Part shown: positions 25,950 through 34,745 of the stretch, piece by piece
Position numbering within the stretch: position 1 is the stretch's first letter
Layout: each line of letters opens with the position of its first letter
Assembly (NCBI GenBank): GCA_016281405.1
Contig: JAEEIO010000160.1
Span: 1-34,745 of the forward strand
DNA: 34,745 bases
Direction: 5' to 3'
From: Clostridiales bacterium
Lineage (GTDB): Bacteria > Bacillota > Clostridia > Oscillospirales > RGIG5299
Notes under the pieces: model-generated
The model's input: only the letters and a program-made list of their open reading frames with translations
What the model was told of the DNA's origin: nothing
Database searches by the model: none
Position numbers and translations under genes: made by a program

Positions 25950-26882
25950 TCACAGTTTCTTTGCGGCGCGAAGTTTGGCGCTTCTTGCGCGAGGGTTTAT
26001 TCTGATTTCGTCTTCCGACGGAAGTATGGGTTTTCTTGTTATAAGTTCGGCTTCGGGCTTTTTGCCGCAGACGCAGACGGGAAAGTCCTTCGGGCAGGTG
26101 CAGCCCTTCATTTTGTCGGCGAAAAAGCGTTTTACCGCTCTGTCCTCGAGCGAGTGGAAGGTTATCACCGCGAGGACGCCGTCTTTTTTGAGCAGTCCGA
26201 ACACGCTTTCGAGGCCTTCCCCGAGTGACGAGAGTTCGCCGTTGACTTCTATTCTTATCGCCTGAAAGCTCCTTTTGGCGGGGTGCTGTTTTTCGGAAAG
26301 GGCGGCTTTAGGCATCGCGTTTTTGATTATTTCGACAAGTTCGAAGGTGGTTTCTATGGGCTTGGTTTTACGGCGTTCGCATATCGCGGCGGCTATCCTT
26401 CTCGAGTAGCGTTCTTCACCGTAGTTGAAAAGTATATCGGCAAGAGCGGTCTCTGAGTAGCCGTTCACGACGTCGCGGGCCGTGAGGGGCGCGGATTTGT
26501 CCATTCTCATGTCGAGAGGGGCGTCGTGCATATAAGAGAAGCCGCGGGAGGCGTTGTCGAGCTGGTAGGAGGAGACGCCGAGGTCGGCTATCGCGCCGTC
26601 GACGCCCTCTATGCCCTGCTCCCTTAACGACGCCGCCGCGTCTTTGAAGTCGGAGCGGATGACCTTTATTCTTTTATCGTTCGCAAAGCGGCTTTCGCAG
26701 ACCTTGACCGCTTCTTCGTCCTTGTCGAAGCAAAAGAGACGCGAGTTTTCAGACATTTTCGAGGCGATGAGGGCGCTGTGGCCGCCGCCGCCCGCCGTCA
26801 GGTCGACGTAGACGCCGTCGCGGTCGAAGTCGAGCGCGCCGACGGTCTCGTTAAGCAAAACGGAAAGGTGTGAAAACTCCAT
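25950..26882 (-). CDS. rsmH: 16S rRNA m4C1402 methyltransferase RsmH (MraW)
   Basis: H.SVLL.E, DLTAGGGGHS, DLGVSSYQLD..RGFS, PLDMRM, FHSLEDR, NPRARSAKLR. Confidence 0.97.
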   Translation of the reverse strand: MEFSHLSVLLNETVGALDFDRDGVYVDLTAGGGGHSALIASKMSENSRLFCFDKDEEAVKVCESRFANDKRIKVIRSDFKDAAASLREQGIEGVDGAIADLGVSSYQLDNASRGFSYMHDAPLDMRMDKSAPLTARDVVNGYSETALADILFNYGEERYSRRIAAAICERRKTKPIETTFELVEIIKNAMPKAALSEKQHPAKRSFQAIRIEVNGELSSLGEGLESVFGLLKKDGVLAVITFHSLEDRAVKRFFADKMKGCTCPKDFPVCVCGKKPEAELITRKPILPSEDEIRINPRARSAKLRAAKKL

Positions 26883-26883
26883 T

Positions 26884-27303
26884 TTAGAGGCCTATCTGAG
26901 ACATGATCTCGGCTATATTCTCGGACTTGAGCTTTTGCTCGTAGCCGTTCCACTTTTCTTTATCCCATATCTCCGCGCGAGTGGCGGAGCCGGCGAAGAC
27001 CGCCTCTTTGGAAAGTCCGGCGTATTCGCGGAGATTCTGAGGGATGAGTATTCTTCCCTGTTTATCGAACTCGGCTTCGGCGGCGCCGTTCCATAAAAAT
27101 CTGATAACGGGAGTGGCGTCGGAGAGCTTGAGGCTCTTTATACGCTCGTAAAGGGCGTTCCACTCTGTTTCGCCGAAGACGAAAAGACATTCGTCGAGGC
27201 CGCGGGTGATATAAACCTTACCGGCAAAATCGCTTCTGAATTTGACGGGGACCATTATTCGCCCTTTTTCATCGATATTGTGATAGTATTCGCCGATAAG
27301 CAT
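26884..27303 (-). CDS. mraZ: Transcriptional regulator MraZ
   Basis: GEYYHNIDEKGR and DKQGRILIP repeats, EIWD; first gene of the dcw cluster. Confidence 0.97.
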   Translation of the reverse strand: MLIGEYYHNIDEKGRIMVPVKFRSDFAGKVYITRGLDECLFVFGETEWNALYERIKSLKLSDATPVIRFLWNGAAEAEFDKQGRILIPQNLREYAGLSKEAVFAGSATRAEIWDKEKWNGYEQKLKSENIAEIMSQIGL

Positions 27304-27323
27304 TTATCTCACCTCCATTTTTA

Positions 27324-27368
27324 CCACTTTATGACACTTAGAACCACTATTAAGCACTTTTTACCACT
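27324..27368 (-). promoter_or_regulatory. MraZ binding repeats: five AGTG(G/T/C) boxes with exact 10-bp period
   Basis: Plus strand CCACT 27324, ACACT 27334, CCACT 27344, GCACT 27354, CCACT 27364; matches the known GTGG-type MraZ operator architecture. Confidence 0.85.
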
Positions 27369-27396
27369 ATTATACTTATAAGCAAAAAAAAATCAA
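27369..27396 (-). promoter_or_regulatory. Putative sigmaA promoter of the mraZ/dcw operon
   Basis: Minus strand TTGATT (27396-27391), 16 nt, TATAAT (27374-27369), directly upstream of the MraZ boxes. Confidence 0.65.
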
Positions 27397-27434
27397 GAGA
27401 TTTTACGCATTTTCGGCAAAAATCTCTTGATTTT
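27384..27434 (-). terminator. Inverted repeat / probable terminator after the Fe-ADH gene
   Basis: Perfect 16-bp IR AAAATCAAGAGATTTT (27389-27404) / AAAATCTCTTGATTTT (27419-27434), with a T9 run on the minus strand. Confidence 0.6.
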
Positions 27435-27492
27435 CTTTGAATAATGGAACAAAAGTTCGGATTATTCTTTTTATTCGGTTTTTAAGCGGTTT

Positions 27493-28608
27493 TTAACGGT
27501 GCATGGCGTCGTAAAGCTTCTCTACTCCGGAGGGGGTCAGGGGGACGATGGAGTTTTTCAAAGAGGCGCTTTGAGAGGTGAGCGCGGTGAACTCGTCGAC
27601 CTCGGCGTAGGAGAGCGAGGGCGGCTCGGGAAGCAGCTTTTTGAGGTCCTCGTAAAACTCCTCGAAGCCGTATCCGACGGCCGTTTCAAAGATATCGTCG
27701 CGGCGGGGGTCTTCCCCTCTCACCGTCTTCAAAAACGGTATCAGAGAGTGGGCGCAGGCGACGCCGTGGGGGACGTATTTGACGACCGAGAGCGGATAGC
27801 TGACGGCGTGGGCGAAGCAGGTGCCCGTAATGTTTATAGCCATACCCGCGAGTATGGCGGCGTAGGAGAGCTCGTCGCGGACGTCTTCGTTTATGTCGCG
27901 GAACTCGACGAAGGTCTGCCAGTGGGCTTTTTTGAGGGCGTCCCAGGCGCGGGACAGCGCCTCGGAGGCAAAGAGCATACTCATTTCGCCCGCCTTGACG
28001 GAATAGAGCGATTCGATGGCGTGGGCGAGGACGTCGAGCGCCGTCGAGAGGGTTATTTCCCACGGGAGTTTATAGGTGTATTTGGGGTCTATAAGGGCGT
28101 AAAGCGGGTAGAGACGGGGGGACTTTAAGCTTTTCTTATAGCGCATACCGTCGGCCGAGACGGTTATGACCGAGACGGCCGTGACCTCGGAGCCCGTGCC
28201 GGACGTGGTGCCGACGACGATCAAAGGAAGCGGCTTTTTGGGAATGCCGAGGTATATGTCCAACGGACTTCCGAAGTCGTTGGTGGCGTAGACGGCAGCC
28301 GCTTTCGCGGCGTCCATCGCCGAGCCGCCGCCTATGGCTATCATAAAGTCGGCTCCGTATTCCCTTGCTGCGCTGCCCGCGGCCGCGCAGCTTTCGATAG
28401 AGGGGTTCTCCTCGATAGAATTAAAGACGGTGTAGGCTATGTCGGCGCGTTCAAGCGCGCTGACGACGTCCCCTTGCGCGCCGCTTTTGACTGCGCCCGT
28501 GCGGCCCGTGACAAGTATGGCTTTACGGCCGAATTTGGAGAAATCGAATTCTTTTACGCAGTCTTTTTTACAGACCAATCGGGTGGGCATGAAATGGTTG
28601 TATTCCAT
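27493..28608 (-). CDS. Iron-containing alcohol dehydrogenase family protein
   Basis: IGGGSAMDAAKA, TTSGTGSEVT, metal ligands LDVLAHAIE, AHAVSY, PHGVA. Confidence 0.92.
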   Translation of the reverse strand: MEYNHFMPTRLVCKKDCVKEFDFSKFGRKAILVTGRTGAVKSGAQGDVVSALERADIAYTVFNSIEENPSIESCAAAGSAAREYGADFMIAIGGGSAMDAAKAAAVYATNDFGSPLDIYLGIPKKPLPLIVVGTTSGTGSEVTAVSVITVSADGMRYKKSLKSPRLYPLYALIDPKYTYKLPWEITLSTALDVLAHAIESLYSVKAGEMSMLFASEALSRAWDALKKAHWQTFVEFRDINEDVRDELSYAAILAGMAINITGTCFAHAVSYPLSVVKYVPHGVACAHSLIPFLKTVRGEDPRRDDIFETAVGYGFEEFYEDLKKLLPEPPSLSYAEVDEFTALTSQSASLKNSIVPLTPSGVEKLYDAMHR

Positions 28609-28610
28609 TT

Positions 28611-30062
28611 TCAGACTCCTTGATTACACTTCATAATAAGCTCGTTTTTGACGTCCCAAAGCTTCTGGCTGAGGTCGACGTAGTAGTTATGCGGATTTTC
28701 GAAACGGGTGACCTCGTCCCAGAGGTTTGCGACCTCGTTCAGGCAGTATTTCTGTATCGATTTGACGTCGGGCGAGTCGTAGACGCGCTTGCCCTTAGAG
28801 AAGAGCTGAACGGGCAGTTCGCGGACGACGTAGTCCTCGACGACCTTGCGTTTCCAGGTGTAGTCGGGGTCGAATATCTCGATGGGCTTGGTGAAGTCTA
28901 TCTTCTCTTCTCGAAGGGCGACGAGGTCGGCTATGGCCTTGCCCGTCTTCTTTTCGAAGAGGCGGTAGACCGTCTTGAAGTGGGGGATGTTCATCTTGGT
29001 GACGTTTTCGGAGATCTTTATCTTGGGGATTATCCTGCCGTTTTCCTCGATGGCGGCAAGCTTATAGACGCCGCCGAAGACGGGCTCGCTCTTGGAGGTT
29101 ATGAGCCGCTCGCCGACGCCGAAAGAGTCTATCTTGGCGCCCTGGAAGAGGGTGTCGCGGATTATATACTCGTCAAGCGAGTTGGAGGCCATTATCTTGC
29201 AGTCGGGGTAACCCGCCTCGTCGAGCATGACGCGCATTTTGCGGGTCAGATAGGTTATGTCGCCGCTGTCGACGCGGACGGCAAGCGGGCGCTTGCCCAT
29301 GGGCTTCAAGACCTCGTTGAAGCACTTTATGGCGTTAGGCATACCCGACTTGATGACGTTATAGGTGTCGATCAAAAGCGCGCAGGAGTCGGGGTATATT
29401 TCGGCGTAGGCCTTGAAGGCCTCGTATTCGCTGTCGAACATCTGCACCCAGGAGTGGGCCATGGTGCCGACAGAGGGGATGCCGTAGATCTGCTCGCAGG
29501 CGACGCAGGCGGTGCCGAGACATCCGCCTATATAGGCCGCTCTCGCGCCTAAAATAGCGGCGTGGACGCCCTGCGCCCGTCTCGAGCCGAACTCGTAGAC
29601 GGGACGTCCCGCGGCGGCTCTCACTATTCTGTTTGCCTTGGTGGCGATGAGGCTCTGGTGGTTAATAAGAAGGAGGAGCATGGTCTCCATAAGCTGCGCC
29701 TCTATGATGGGGCCCTTGACGGTGAGGATGGGTTCCTTCGGGAAAATGGGCGTGCCCTCGGGGAAGGCGTAGACGTCGCAGGAGAATTTGAAGTTCCGAA
29801 GGTAATCAAAGAATGCCTCGTCGAATATTCCCTTCCTTTTTAAGAAGGCGATGTCTTCTTCGGAGAAGCGGAAGTTTTCGATATAGTCGAGCACCTGCTC
29901 GATGCCCGCCATTATGGCGAAGCCTCCGCCGTCGGGTATCTGACGGAAGAAGACGTCGAAGCAGGCTATCTTGTCGCGGTTGCCCGACTTCAGGTAGCCG
30001 TTCGACATGGTGAATTCGTAGAGGTCGCAAAGCATTGCGGTATTTACTTCTGAAATATTCAT
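28611..30062 (-). CDS. pncB: Nicotinate phosphoribosyltransferase
   Basis: DLYEFTM, FFR, EFGSRRAQG, GTMAHSW, LIDTY, RVDSGD, GVYKL. Start uncertain (ATG 30062 or 30071). Confidence 0.95.
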   Translation of the reverse strand: MNISEVNTAMLCDLYEFTMSNGYLKSGNRDKIACFDVFFRQIPDGGGFAIMAGIEQVLDYIENFRFSEEDIAFLKRKGIFDEAFFDYLRNFKFSCDVYAFPEGTPIFPKEPILTVKGPIIEAQLMETMLLLLINHQSLIATKANRIVRAAAGRPVYEFGSRRAQGVHAAILGARAAYIGGCLGTACVACEQIYGIPSVGTMAHSWVQMFDSEYEAFKAYAEIYPDSCALLIDTYNVIKSGMPNAIKCFNEVLKPMGKRPLAVRVDSGDITYLTRKMRVMLDEAGYPDCKIMASNSLDEYIIRDTLFQGAKIDSFGVGERLITSKSEPVFGGVYKLAAIEENGRIIPKIKISENVTKMNIPHFKTVYRLFEKKTGKAIADLVALREEKIDFTKPIEIFDPDYTWKRKVVEDYVVRELPVQLFSKGKRVYDSPDVKSIQKYCLNEVANLWDEVTRFENPHNYYVDLSQKLWDVKNELIMKCNQGV

Positions 30063-30063
30063 A

Positions 30064-31050
30064 TCAATCATCCAAATCAAAATAAGTATCGAGGCTTATG
30101 CCCGTGCCCTTGACGACGCAAAGCTCGGGCTCTTCTGCGAGATGGACGGGAACGCCTATTCTGTTCTCTATGACCTTACCGAGGCCGTAGAGCATCGATC
30201 CGCCGCCCGTGAGCCAGATGCCGTTTACCGAGATGTCGCCGACGAGTTCGGGCGGAGTGCGCGAAAAGAGGTTATGGACAATATCGAGTATGGCGGCGAC
30301 GGGCTCGGCGAAGGCTTCCGTCGTTTCGTCGCTCCCGACTTCGATGGTCTTGGGAAGGCCCGTTAGCAAGCAGCGGCCTTTTACGGTCATGGTGAGTTTT
30401 TCCTCTCTCGGTATGACGCAGCCGATCTTGCGTTTGACCTCCTCGGCCGTTCTGTCGCCGACGAGGATGTTATACTTTTTGCGAAGGTATTTGACGATGG
30501 CGTCGTCGAATTTGTCGCCCGCTATCTTTATGGATTCGGAGTCGACGATGCTGCCCAGAGAGATGACAGCGGCGTCGGTGGTGCCGCCGCCTATATCGAC
30601 GACGAAGTTGCCGACGGGGCCGCTTATATCGAGTCCCGCGCCGATGGCGGCGGCAAGGGGCTCTTCGATGATCTTTACGTCCTTGGCGCCGGTGTTTCTG
30701 ACGGCGTCGCAGACGGCGCGGTATTCGACGTCGGTCACCTTGCAGGGTATGCAGACTATGACGCGGGTGCGGAAAATGCTTCTTCCGCAGGCCTTTTTTA
30801 TAAAGTAGCGAAGCATCTCCTCGGTGCTCTCGAAGTCGGAAATGACGCCCTCGCGGAGGGGTCTCACGGCGACGATGTTGTCGGGCGTGCGGCCCAACAT
30901 CTCCTGGGCTTCCTTCCCTATTTTGATAATCTTCTTGGTGGTCCTGTTTCTTGCCACGACCGACGGCTCCATGGTGACGAGTCCGCGCCCTTTGACGAAA
31001 ACGCAGACGTTCGCGGTGCCGAGGTCGATGGCGATATCCGTTCCGAACAT
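30064..31050 (-). CDS. mreB: Rod shape-determining actin homolog (MreB/Mbl family), without adjacent mreCD
   Basis: IDLGTAN, RPLREGVI, EEPLAAAIGAG, VDIGGGTTD, LTGGGS; AAGGAG RBS. Confidence 0.92.
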   Translation of the reverse strand: MFGTDIAIDLGTANVCVFVKGRGLVTMEPSVVARNRTTKKIIKIGKEAQEMLGRTPDNIVAVRPLREGVISDFESTEEMLRYFIKKACGRSIFRTRVIVCIPCKVTDVEYRAVCDAVRNTGAKDVKIIEEPLAAAIGAGLDISGPVGNFVVDIGGGTTDAAVISLGSIVDSESIKIAGDKFDDAIVKYLRKKYNILVGDRTAEEVKRKIGCVIPREEKLTMTVKGRCLLTGLPKTIEVGSDETTEAFAEPVAAILDIVHNLFSRTPPELVGDISVNGIWLTGGGSMLYGLGKVIENRIGVPVHLAEEPELCVVKGTGISLDTYFDLDD

Positions 31051-31062
31051 CTTTTTCTCTCC

Positions 31063-32121
31063 TTATCTGAAAAGTTTCTTTATTTCATTATAATCGGCGT
31101 CGCCGTCTATTACGGTGACGTCTATATTATAGCACAGTTTTTCGAACGGTTCTATATATTTCAGCGTGCCGAGCTCGTTTTCTTTTTCGCGGCCCATTAT
31201 GTGGCAGTTGGTGGGCATCATGCCGAAGGCGTAGTCGCCAGAGCGCATGGATTTCCATTCGAGCATGTAGGGGAGGTTTTCTGTTTCGAAGGAAATAAGA
31301 AGTCCGAGGCCTATCTCCTTATTGTAGACGCCGCCGTAGGCCTTGCCGTCAACGGATTTTACGGTGTAGAGGTAGGCGGTCTCCTCGTAGCCGTCGACAG
31401 GGTCGGAGACGTTATAGCGTTCGGCTTTACGGCGTTCGGACTCGTCGTAAATGGGCATACAGTCCTTTTCGGTGACGAAAAACTCGGTCCCCGCGCCTAT
31501 AAGCGGGAAGCTTGTGTTCATATGATACATTATCATAAGGGGTTCTTTTTTGAAACCCTCGTTTTCGACGACATCGCGGATATGGAAGCCTTTTTCGCCG
31601 AAGGCGGTGGTTATCTCGCGGCGGAGGACGAGGTTGTCGTTAAAGAAACCCGAATCGCGGGTCTCGCCTTTTATGCGGATGCGGTAGTCGTCGCCCTCCC
31701 AGTAGCCTTCGCCCGACGCCTTTTCGGCGGGGATGAAGCGGATGCGGCCGTGGGTGTAGTGGCGGGCGACGGCGTCCTCGTATTCCTTGCCGACGTTGGA
31801 AAGTCCGCAGGTATACATAAATCCGCCCGAGATGCTCCGAAGGTAGTTAATGCCCCGAAGGTCGGCGTTTGCCGCCGAGACGGGGCCGGTTTTTGCGAGC
31901 AGGCGGAGGTTTCGGCCTTTATATTTGAGGTCGAGTATATCGAGGCATTTTGACTCCTCGACGGTAAACTCAAGTCCGCCGCCGTTCGCCACCTCGAACA
32001 TCTTTATCCCGTCGCCCTTGCCCTCGTTCAGAATCACTTTTCGGACGTAGGCTATCTGGTCGACGTTGCCTGTGCGGCGAAGGAGGTCGGCCTTGGTGTA
32101 TTTTTTGCCGTCTATTATCAT
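31063..32121 (-). CDS. DUF4432 / aldose 1-epimerase (galactose mutarotase-like) family protein
   Basis: True start ATG 32121 (MIIDGKK; GGAGG RBS; TAATG overlap with nfo stop). Motifs GGFMYTCGL..G...HGRI, MYHMN, EWKSMRSGDY. Confidence 0.85.
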   Translation of the reverse strand: MIIDGKKYTKADLLRRTGNVDQIAYVRKVILNEGKGDGIKMFEVANGGGLEFTVEESKCLDILDLKYKGRNLRLLAKTGPVSAANADLRGINYLRSISGGFMYTCGLSNVGKEYEDAVARHYTHGRIRFIPAEKASGEGYWEGDDYRIRIKGETRDSGFFNDNLVLRREITTAFGEKGFHIRDVVENEGFKKEPLMIMYHMNTSFPLIGAGTEFFVTEKDCMPIYDESERRKAERYNVSDPVDGYEETAYLYTVKSVDGKAYGGVYNKEIGLGLLISFETENLPYMLEWKSMRSGDYAFGMMPTNCHIMGREKENELGTLKYIEPFEKLCYNIDVTVIDGDADYNEIKKLFR

Positions 32122-32975
32122 TATTTCTTCCCTCCGCAGTTTGTTTCGTAGTATTTTTTCATTTCGGCCGAGTCGACGGTCTGAGTGCCCGCCGATTCGG
32201 AAATGACTCGCATATTGAGGTCGTAACGCGAGAATACGTCGAGCATCGGCTCGTAGTCGGGGCCGAAAAGGCGGCCGTCTCTGAAGGTGAGATGCCGTTT
32301 TTCGCCGCCCTCGGTGTATTCTATCATCGAGAAATGGGAGTGGAGGTCTTTCTTGCCGAGAGCCGCTATCTTTTCGGCGACGGCGGCAAAGTCGGCGGCA
32401 GTTTTTAAGCTCCCGTGGGTGCGGGCGTTGAGGTGGCCGAAATCGACGCAGGGTATCACGAATTCGTCGACCTCGCAAAGCGCCAGAACCTCCTCGAGAG
32501 TGCCTAACTGGTTGACTTTTCCCATGGTCTCGGGGCAAAGAAGCACTTTGCCGTAAAAGCCGAGTTCCTTCATGGCGGCGACACACTTCGAAAGGGTGTC
32601 TTTCGCGAGTATGAGAGCTTCTTCTCTCGAAAGTCCCGAGAGGCCGCCCGAGTGGAATATCACGCGGTCGGCGCCCATTATAAGGGCGGCGCGGGCGGTG
32701 TCGGTTATGTAATCTATGCTTTTAAGCCGCTTGGTCTCCTCGACGCCCGACATCGAGATATAGTAGGGCGCGTGGACCGAAAGGGCTATTCCCTTCTCCG
32801 CGGCGGCCGTCTTCAAAACGGCAAGTTCGGCGGCGTTTACGTTTACGCCGCGCACGCACTGGTATTCGAAGGCGTTAAGGCCGTAGGACGAGACGTAGGC
32901 CGCTATGTCGCCCGCTTTTTTGAAGCCCGCGGCGTAAAAGCCGTCGTCGCGGCCGGCGGGGCCGAATCTGATCAT
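32121..32975 (-). CDS. nfo: Endonuclease IV-like AP endonuclease (TIM barrel)
   Basis: Zn-ligand motifs SVHAPYY, FHSG, PETMGK, DFGH, HSHFS, KRH, ISES; IRFGPAG N-terminus. Confidence 0.85.
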   Translation of the reverse strand: MIRFGPAGRDDGFYAAGFKKAGDIAAYVSSYGLNAFEYQCVRGVNVNAAELAVLKTAAAEKGIALSVHAPYYISMSGVEETKRLKSIDYITDTARAALIMGADRVIFHSGGLSGLSREEALILAKDTLSKCVAAMKELGFYGKVLLCPETMGKVNQLGTLEEVLALCEVDEFVIPCVDFGHLNARTHGSLKTAADFAAVAEKIAALGKKDLHSHFSMIEYTEGGEKRHLTFRDGRLFGPDYEPMLDVFSRYDLNMRVISESAGTQTVDSAEMKKYYETNCGGKK

Positions 32976-33451
32976 TTTCCGATTTCCTTTTTATATTTTT
33001 TCATAAGTATCTTTTCGAAGACGCGCTTACAGGCTATGAAGGCGTCTTTATAGCCCGTTATCGGTTCGACCTTGACGGTCTTCATGCCCGAATTTATGCC
33101 GCCTCTGACGTCGGTGAAAAGCTGGTCGCCGACGACGAGGCAGTTTTCTGGCCGGACGCCGAGCTTTTCGGAAAGCGCCAAAAAGCCTTTTGCGGAGGGC
33201 TTATGCGCGAGCGGGAAAAGCGGAGCGAAAAAGGGGTCGCGTTTCAAAGGGTTATTCGATATGTAGCCGACCTTTACGCCCGCGGCTTTGAGGCCGTTTA
33301 TGAAGGCTTGGCACTTTTCGTCGGGGCGCTCCGAGCCGTGAGGGACAACGGTGTCGTCGATGTCGAAGATAACGGCCTTTATACCTTCTTTTTCGAGAAG
33401 GTCGGAGGTTATTTCGAAGGCCGTGTCAAAAATGTGGTCGGGACGGAACAT
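32972..33451 (-). CDS. yqeG: YqeG-family HAD IIIA phosphatase
   Basis: Start reset to ATG 33451 (MFRPD), 1 nt after the secA stop; motifs FDIDDT, ISNN, KP, VGDQLFTD. Confidence 0.88.
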   Translation of the reverse strand: MFRPDHIFDTAFEITSDLLEKEGIKAVIFDIDDTVVPHGSERPDEKCQAFINGLKAAGVKVGYISNNPLKRDPFFAPLFPLAHKPSAKGFLALSEKLGVRPENCLVVGDQLFTDVRGGINSGMKTVKVEPITGYKDAFIACKRVFEKILMKKYKKEIGK

Positions 33452-33452
33452 A

Positions 33453-34745
33453 TCAGTCTTCCTTGCCGCAGCAGCGCTTGTATTTTTTGCCGCTGCCGCA
33501 CGGGCAGGGCGCGTTTTTGGATATGACGGTGTTTTTCTTCTTCTGAACGGGAGTACCGTCGGAGGCGCTTTCGCCCGTCTCCTTGGCAACTTCCTTGCGG
33601 ACGAGTTCCTCGCGCTTTCTCACCACGGCGGTGAGGACAAGGCGGACGGTCTCCTCTTTTATTTCGGCTATCATGGCGTCGAACATATCGGCGCTCTCAT
33701 AGCGGTATTCGACTATCGGGTCGCGCTGGGCGTAGGCGCGAAGCCTTATGCCTTCGCGGAGGTCGTCCATAGAGTCGATATGGTTCATCCAGTGACGGTC
33801 GACGACCTGAAGGAGCACGACTCGCTCTATTTCGCGCATAATCTCGGGGGTGTTCTCGCGCTCGCGCTCGTCGTAGCGGGCTTTGGCCTTTTCCTTTAAG
33901 GTCTCGATTATATCGTCTCTTTCGAGGCGGTCAAGTTCGGCGGGGGTGTATTTGAGATCGTCGGGGCCTAAGAAGACGCCCTCAAAGGCGGCGCGGATGG
34001 CGCCGAAATTCCAGCTGTCCTTGACGTCGGAGGTAAACTGCGAGACGGTGGTCTCGATGACCTCGTAAAGCATCTTCTCGACGGATTCGCGGAGGTTGTC
34101 GCCGTCAAGCACCTTGCGGCGTTCGTTATAGATGACCTCGCGCTGCTTGTTCATGACGTCATCGTAGTCAAGGACGCTCTTACGGCGGGCGAAGTTCATG
34201 CCCTCGACCTTTTTCTGCGCCGACTCTATGGAGTTCGAAAGCATTTTCATTTCGAGAGGCTGATCCTCGGGGATGTTTAAGGCGCTCATGACGTTATAGA
34301 CGCGCTCGCCGCCGAAGAGGCGCAAGAGGTCGTCTTCCATCGAGAGATAGAAGCGGCTTTCGCCGGGGTCGCCCTGACGTCCCGAACGGCCGCGCAGCTG
34401 ATTGTCAATACGCCGCGACTCGTGGCGCTCGGTGCCTATGACGAAAAGTCCGCCCGCGGCGCGTACCTCGTCGGCGTCGACGGAAATCTGTTTCTTATAT
34501 CTCGCGACGGCCTCGTCGAAATAGGCGCGGGCGGCTAAAATATCGGCGTCTTCGGTCTCGGCGTGGCTGTCGGCCTCGGCGAGCATCTCCTCGGAAAAGC
34601 CGTGCTTTTTCATCTCGGCCTTGGCCATATATTCGGCGTTGCCGCCGAGCTTTATGTCGGTGCCGCGTCCCGCCATATTCGTAGCTATGGTGACGGCGCC
34701 TTTTTTGCCCGCCTGCGCGATTATCTCGGCTTCTTTTTCGTGGTG
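33453..34745 (-). CDS. secA: Preprotein translocase ATPase SecA, 3' part (5' end outside the window)
   Basis: Frame stays open to the window edge (EAEIIAQAG...TIATNMAGRGTDI); GTERHESRRIDNQLRGRSGRQGDPG; C-terminal SEC-C motif CPCGSGKKYKRCC. Confidence 0.98.
   Translation of the reverse strand, partial: HHEKEAEIIAQAGKKGAVTIATNMAGRGTDIKLGGNAEYMAKAEMKKHGFSEEMLAEADSHAETEDADILAARAYFDEAVARYKKQISVDADEVRAAGGLFVIGTERHESRRIDNQLRGRSGRQGDPGESRFYLSMEDDLLRLFGGERVYNVMSALNIPEDQPLEMKMLSNSIESAQKKVEGMNFARRKSVLDYDDVMNKQREVIYNERRKVLDGDNLRESVEKMLYEVIETTVSQFTSDVKDSWNFGAIRAAFEGVFLGPDDLKYTPAELDRLERDDIIETLKEKAKARYDERERENTPEIMREIERVVLLQVVDRHWMNHIDSMDDLREGIRLRAYAQRDPIVEYRYESADMFDAMIAEIKEETVRLVLTAVVRKREELVRKEVAKETGESASDGTPVQKKKNTVISKNAPCPCGSGKKYKRCCGKED

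Noticed and set aside
32122-32586. N-terminal extension of the 507-aa ORF 31063..32586
   Set aside because: Out-of-frame overlap with nfo, Arg-rich shadow translation; the true start is ATG 32121 with a GGAGG RBS.
33452-33589. N-terminal extension of the yqeG ORF
   Set aside because: Overlaps the secA 3' end in another frame; YqeG similarity starts at MFRPD (33451).

Overview
Chromosomal window from a moderately GC-rich Clostridia-like Firmicute (inferred from gene content and sigmaA-type promoters). Left part (1-12.4 kb) is accessory. It opens with a truncated array of TCATCAT/ATGATGA units separated by GAA-loop hairpins. A divergent sugar-redox locus follows: ROK kinase, ThuA-like protein, two Gfo/Idh/MocA dehydrogenases, a sugar-phosphate isomerase-like TIM barrel and an unknown lipoprotein with a second internal start. 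Then comes an operon for a membrane-anchored amidase, a GH29 and a GH106-like glycosidase. Right part (12.4-34.7 kb, all minus strand) is housekeeping: a tightly coupled secA-yqeG-nfo-DUF4432-mreB-like-pncB-Fe-ADH run, then the dcw cluster (mraZ, rsmH, ftsL, class B PBP, murE, murF, mraY, ftsW/spoVE, murG, murA, ftsQ), then a separately promoted ftsZ-serS unit. No rRNA, tRNA, CRISPR array or transposase was recognised. All calls come from motif recognition by eye; no database searches were run.
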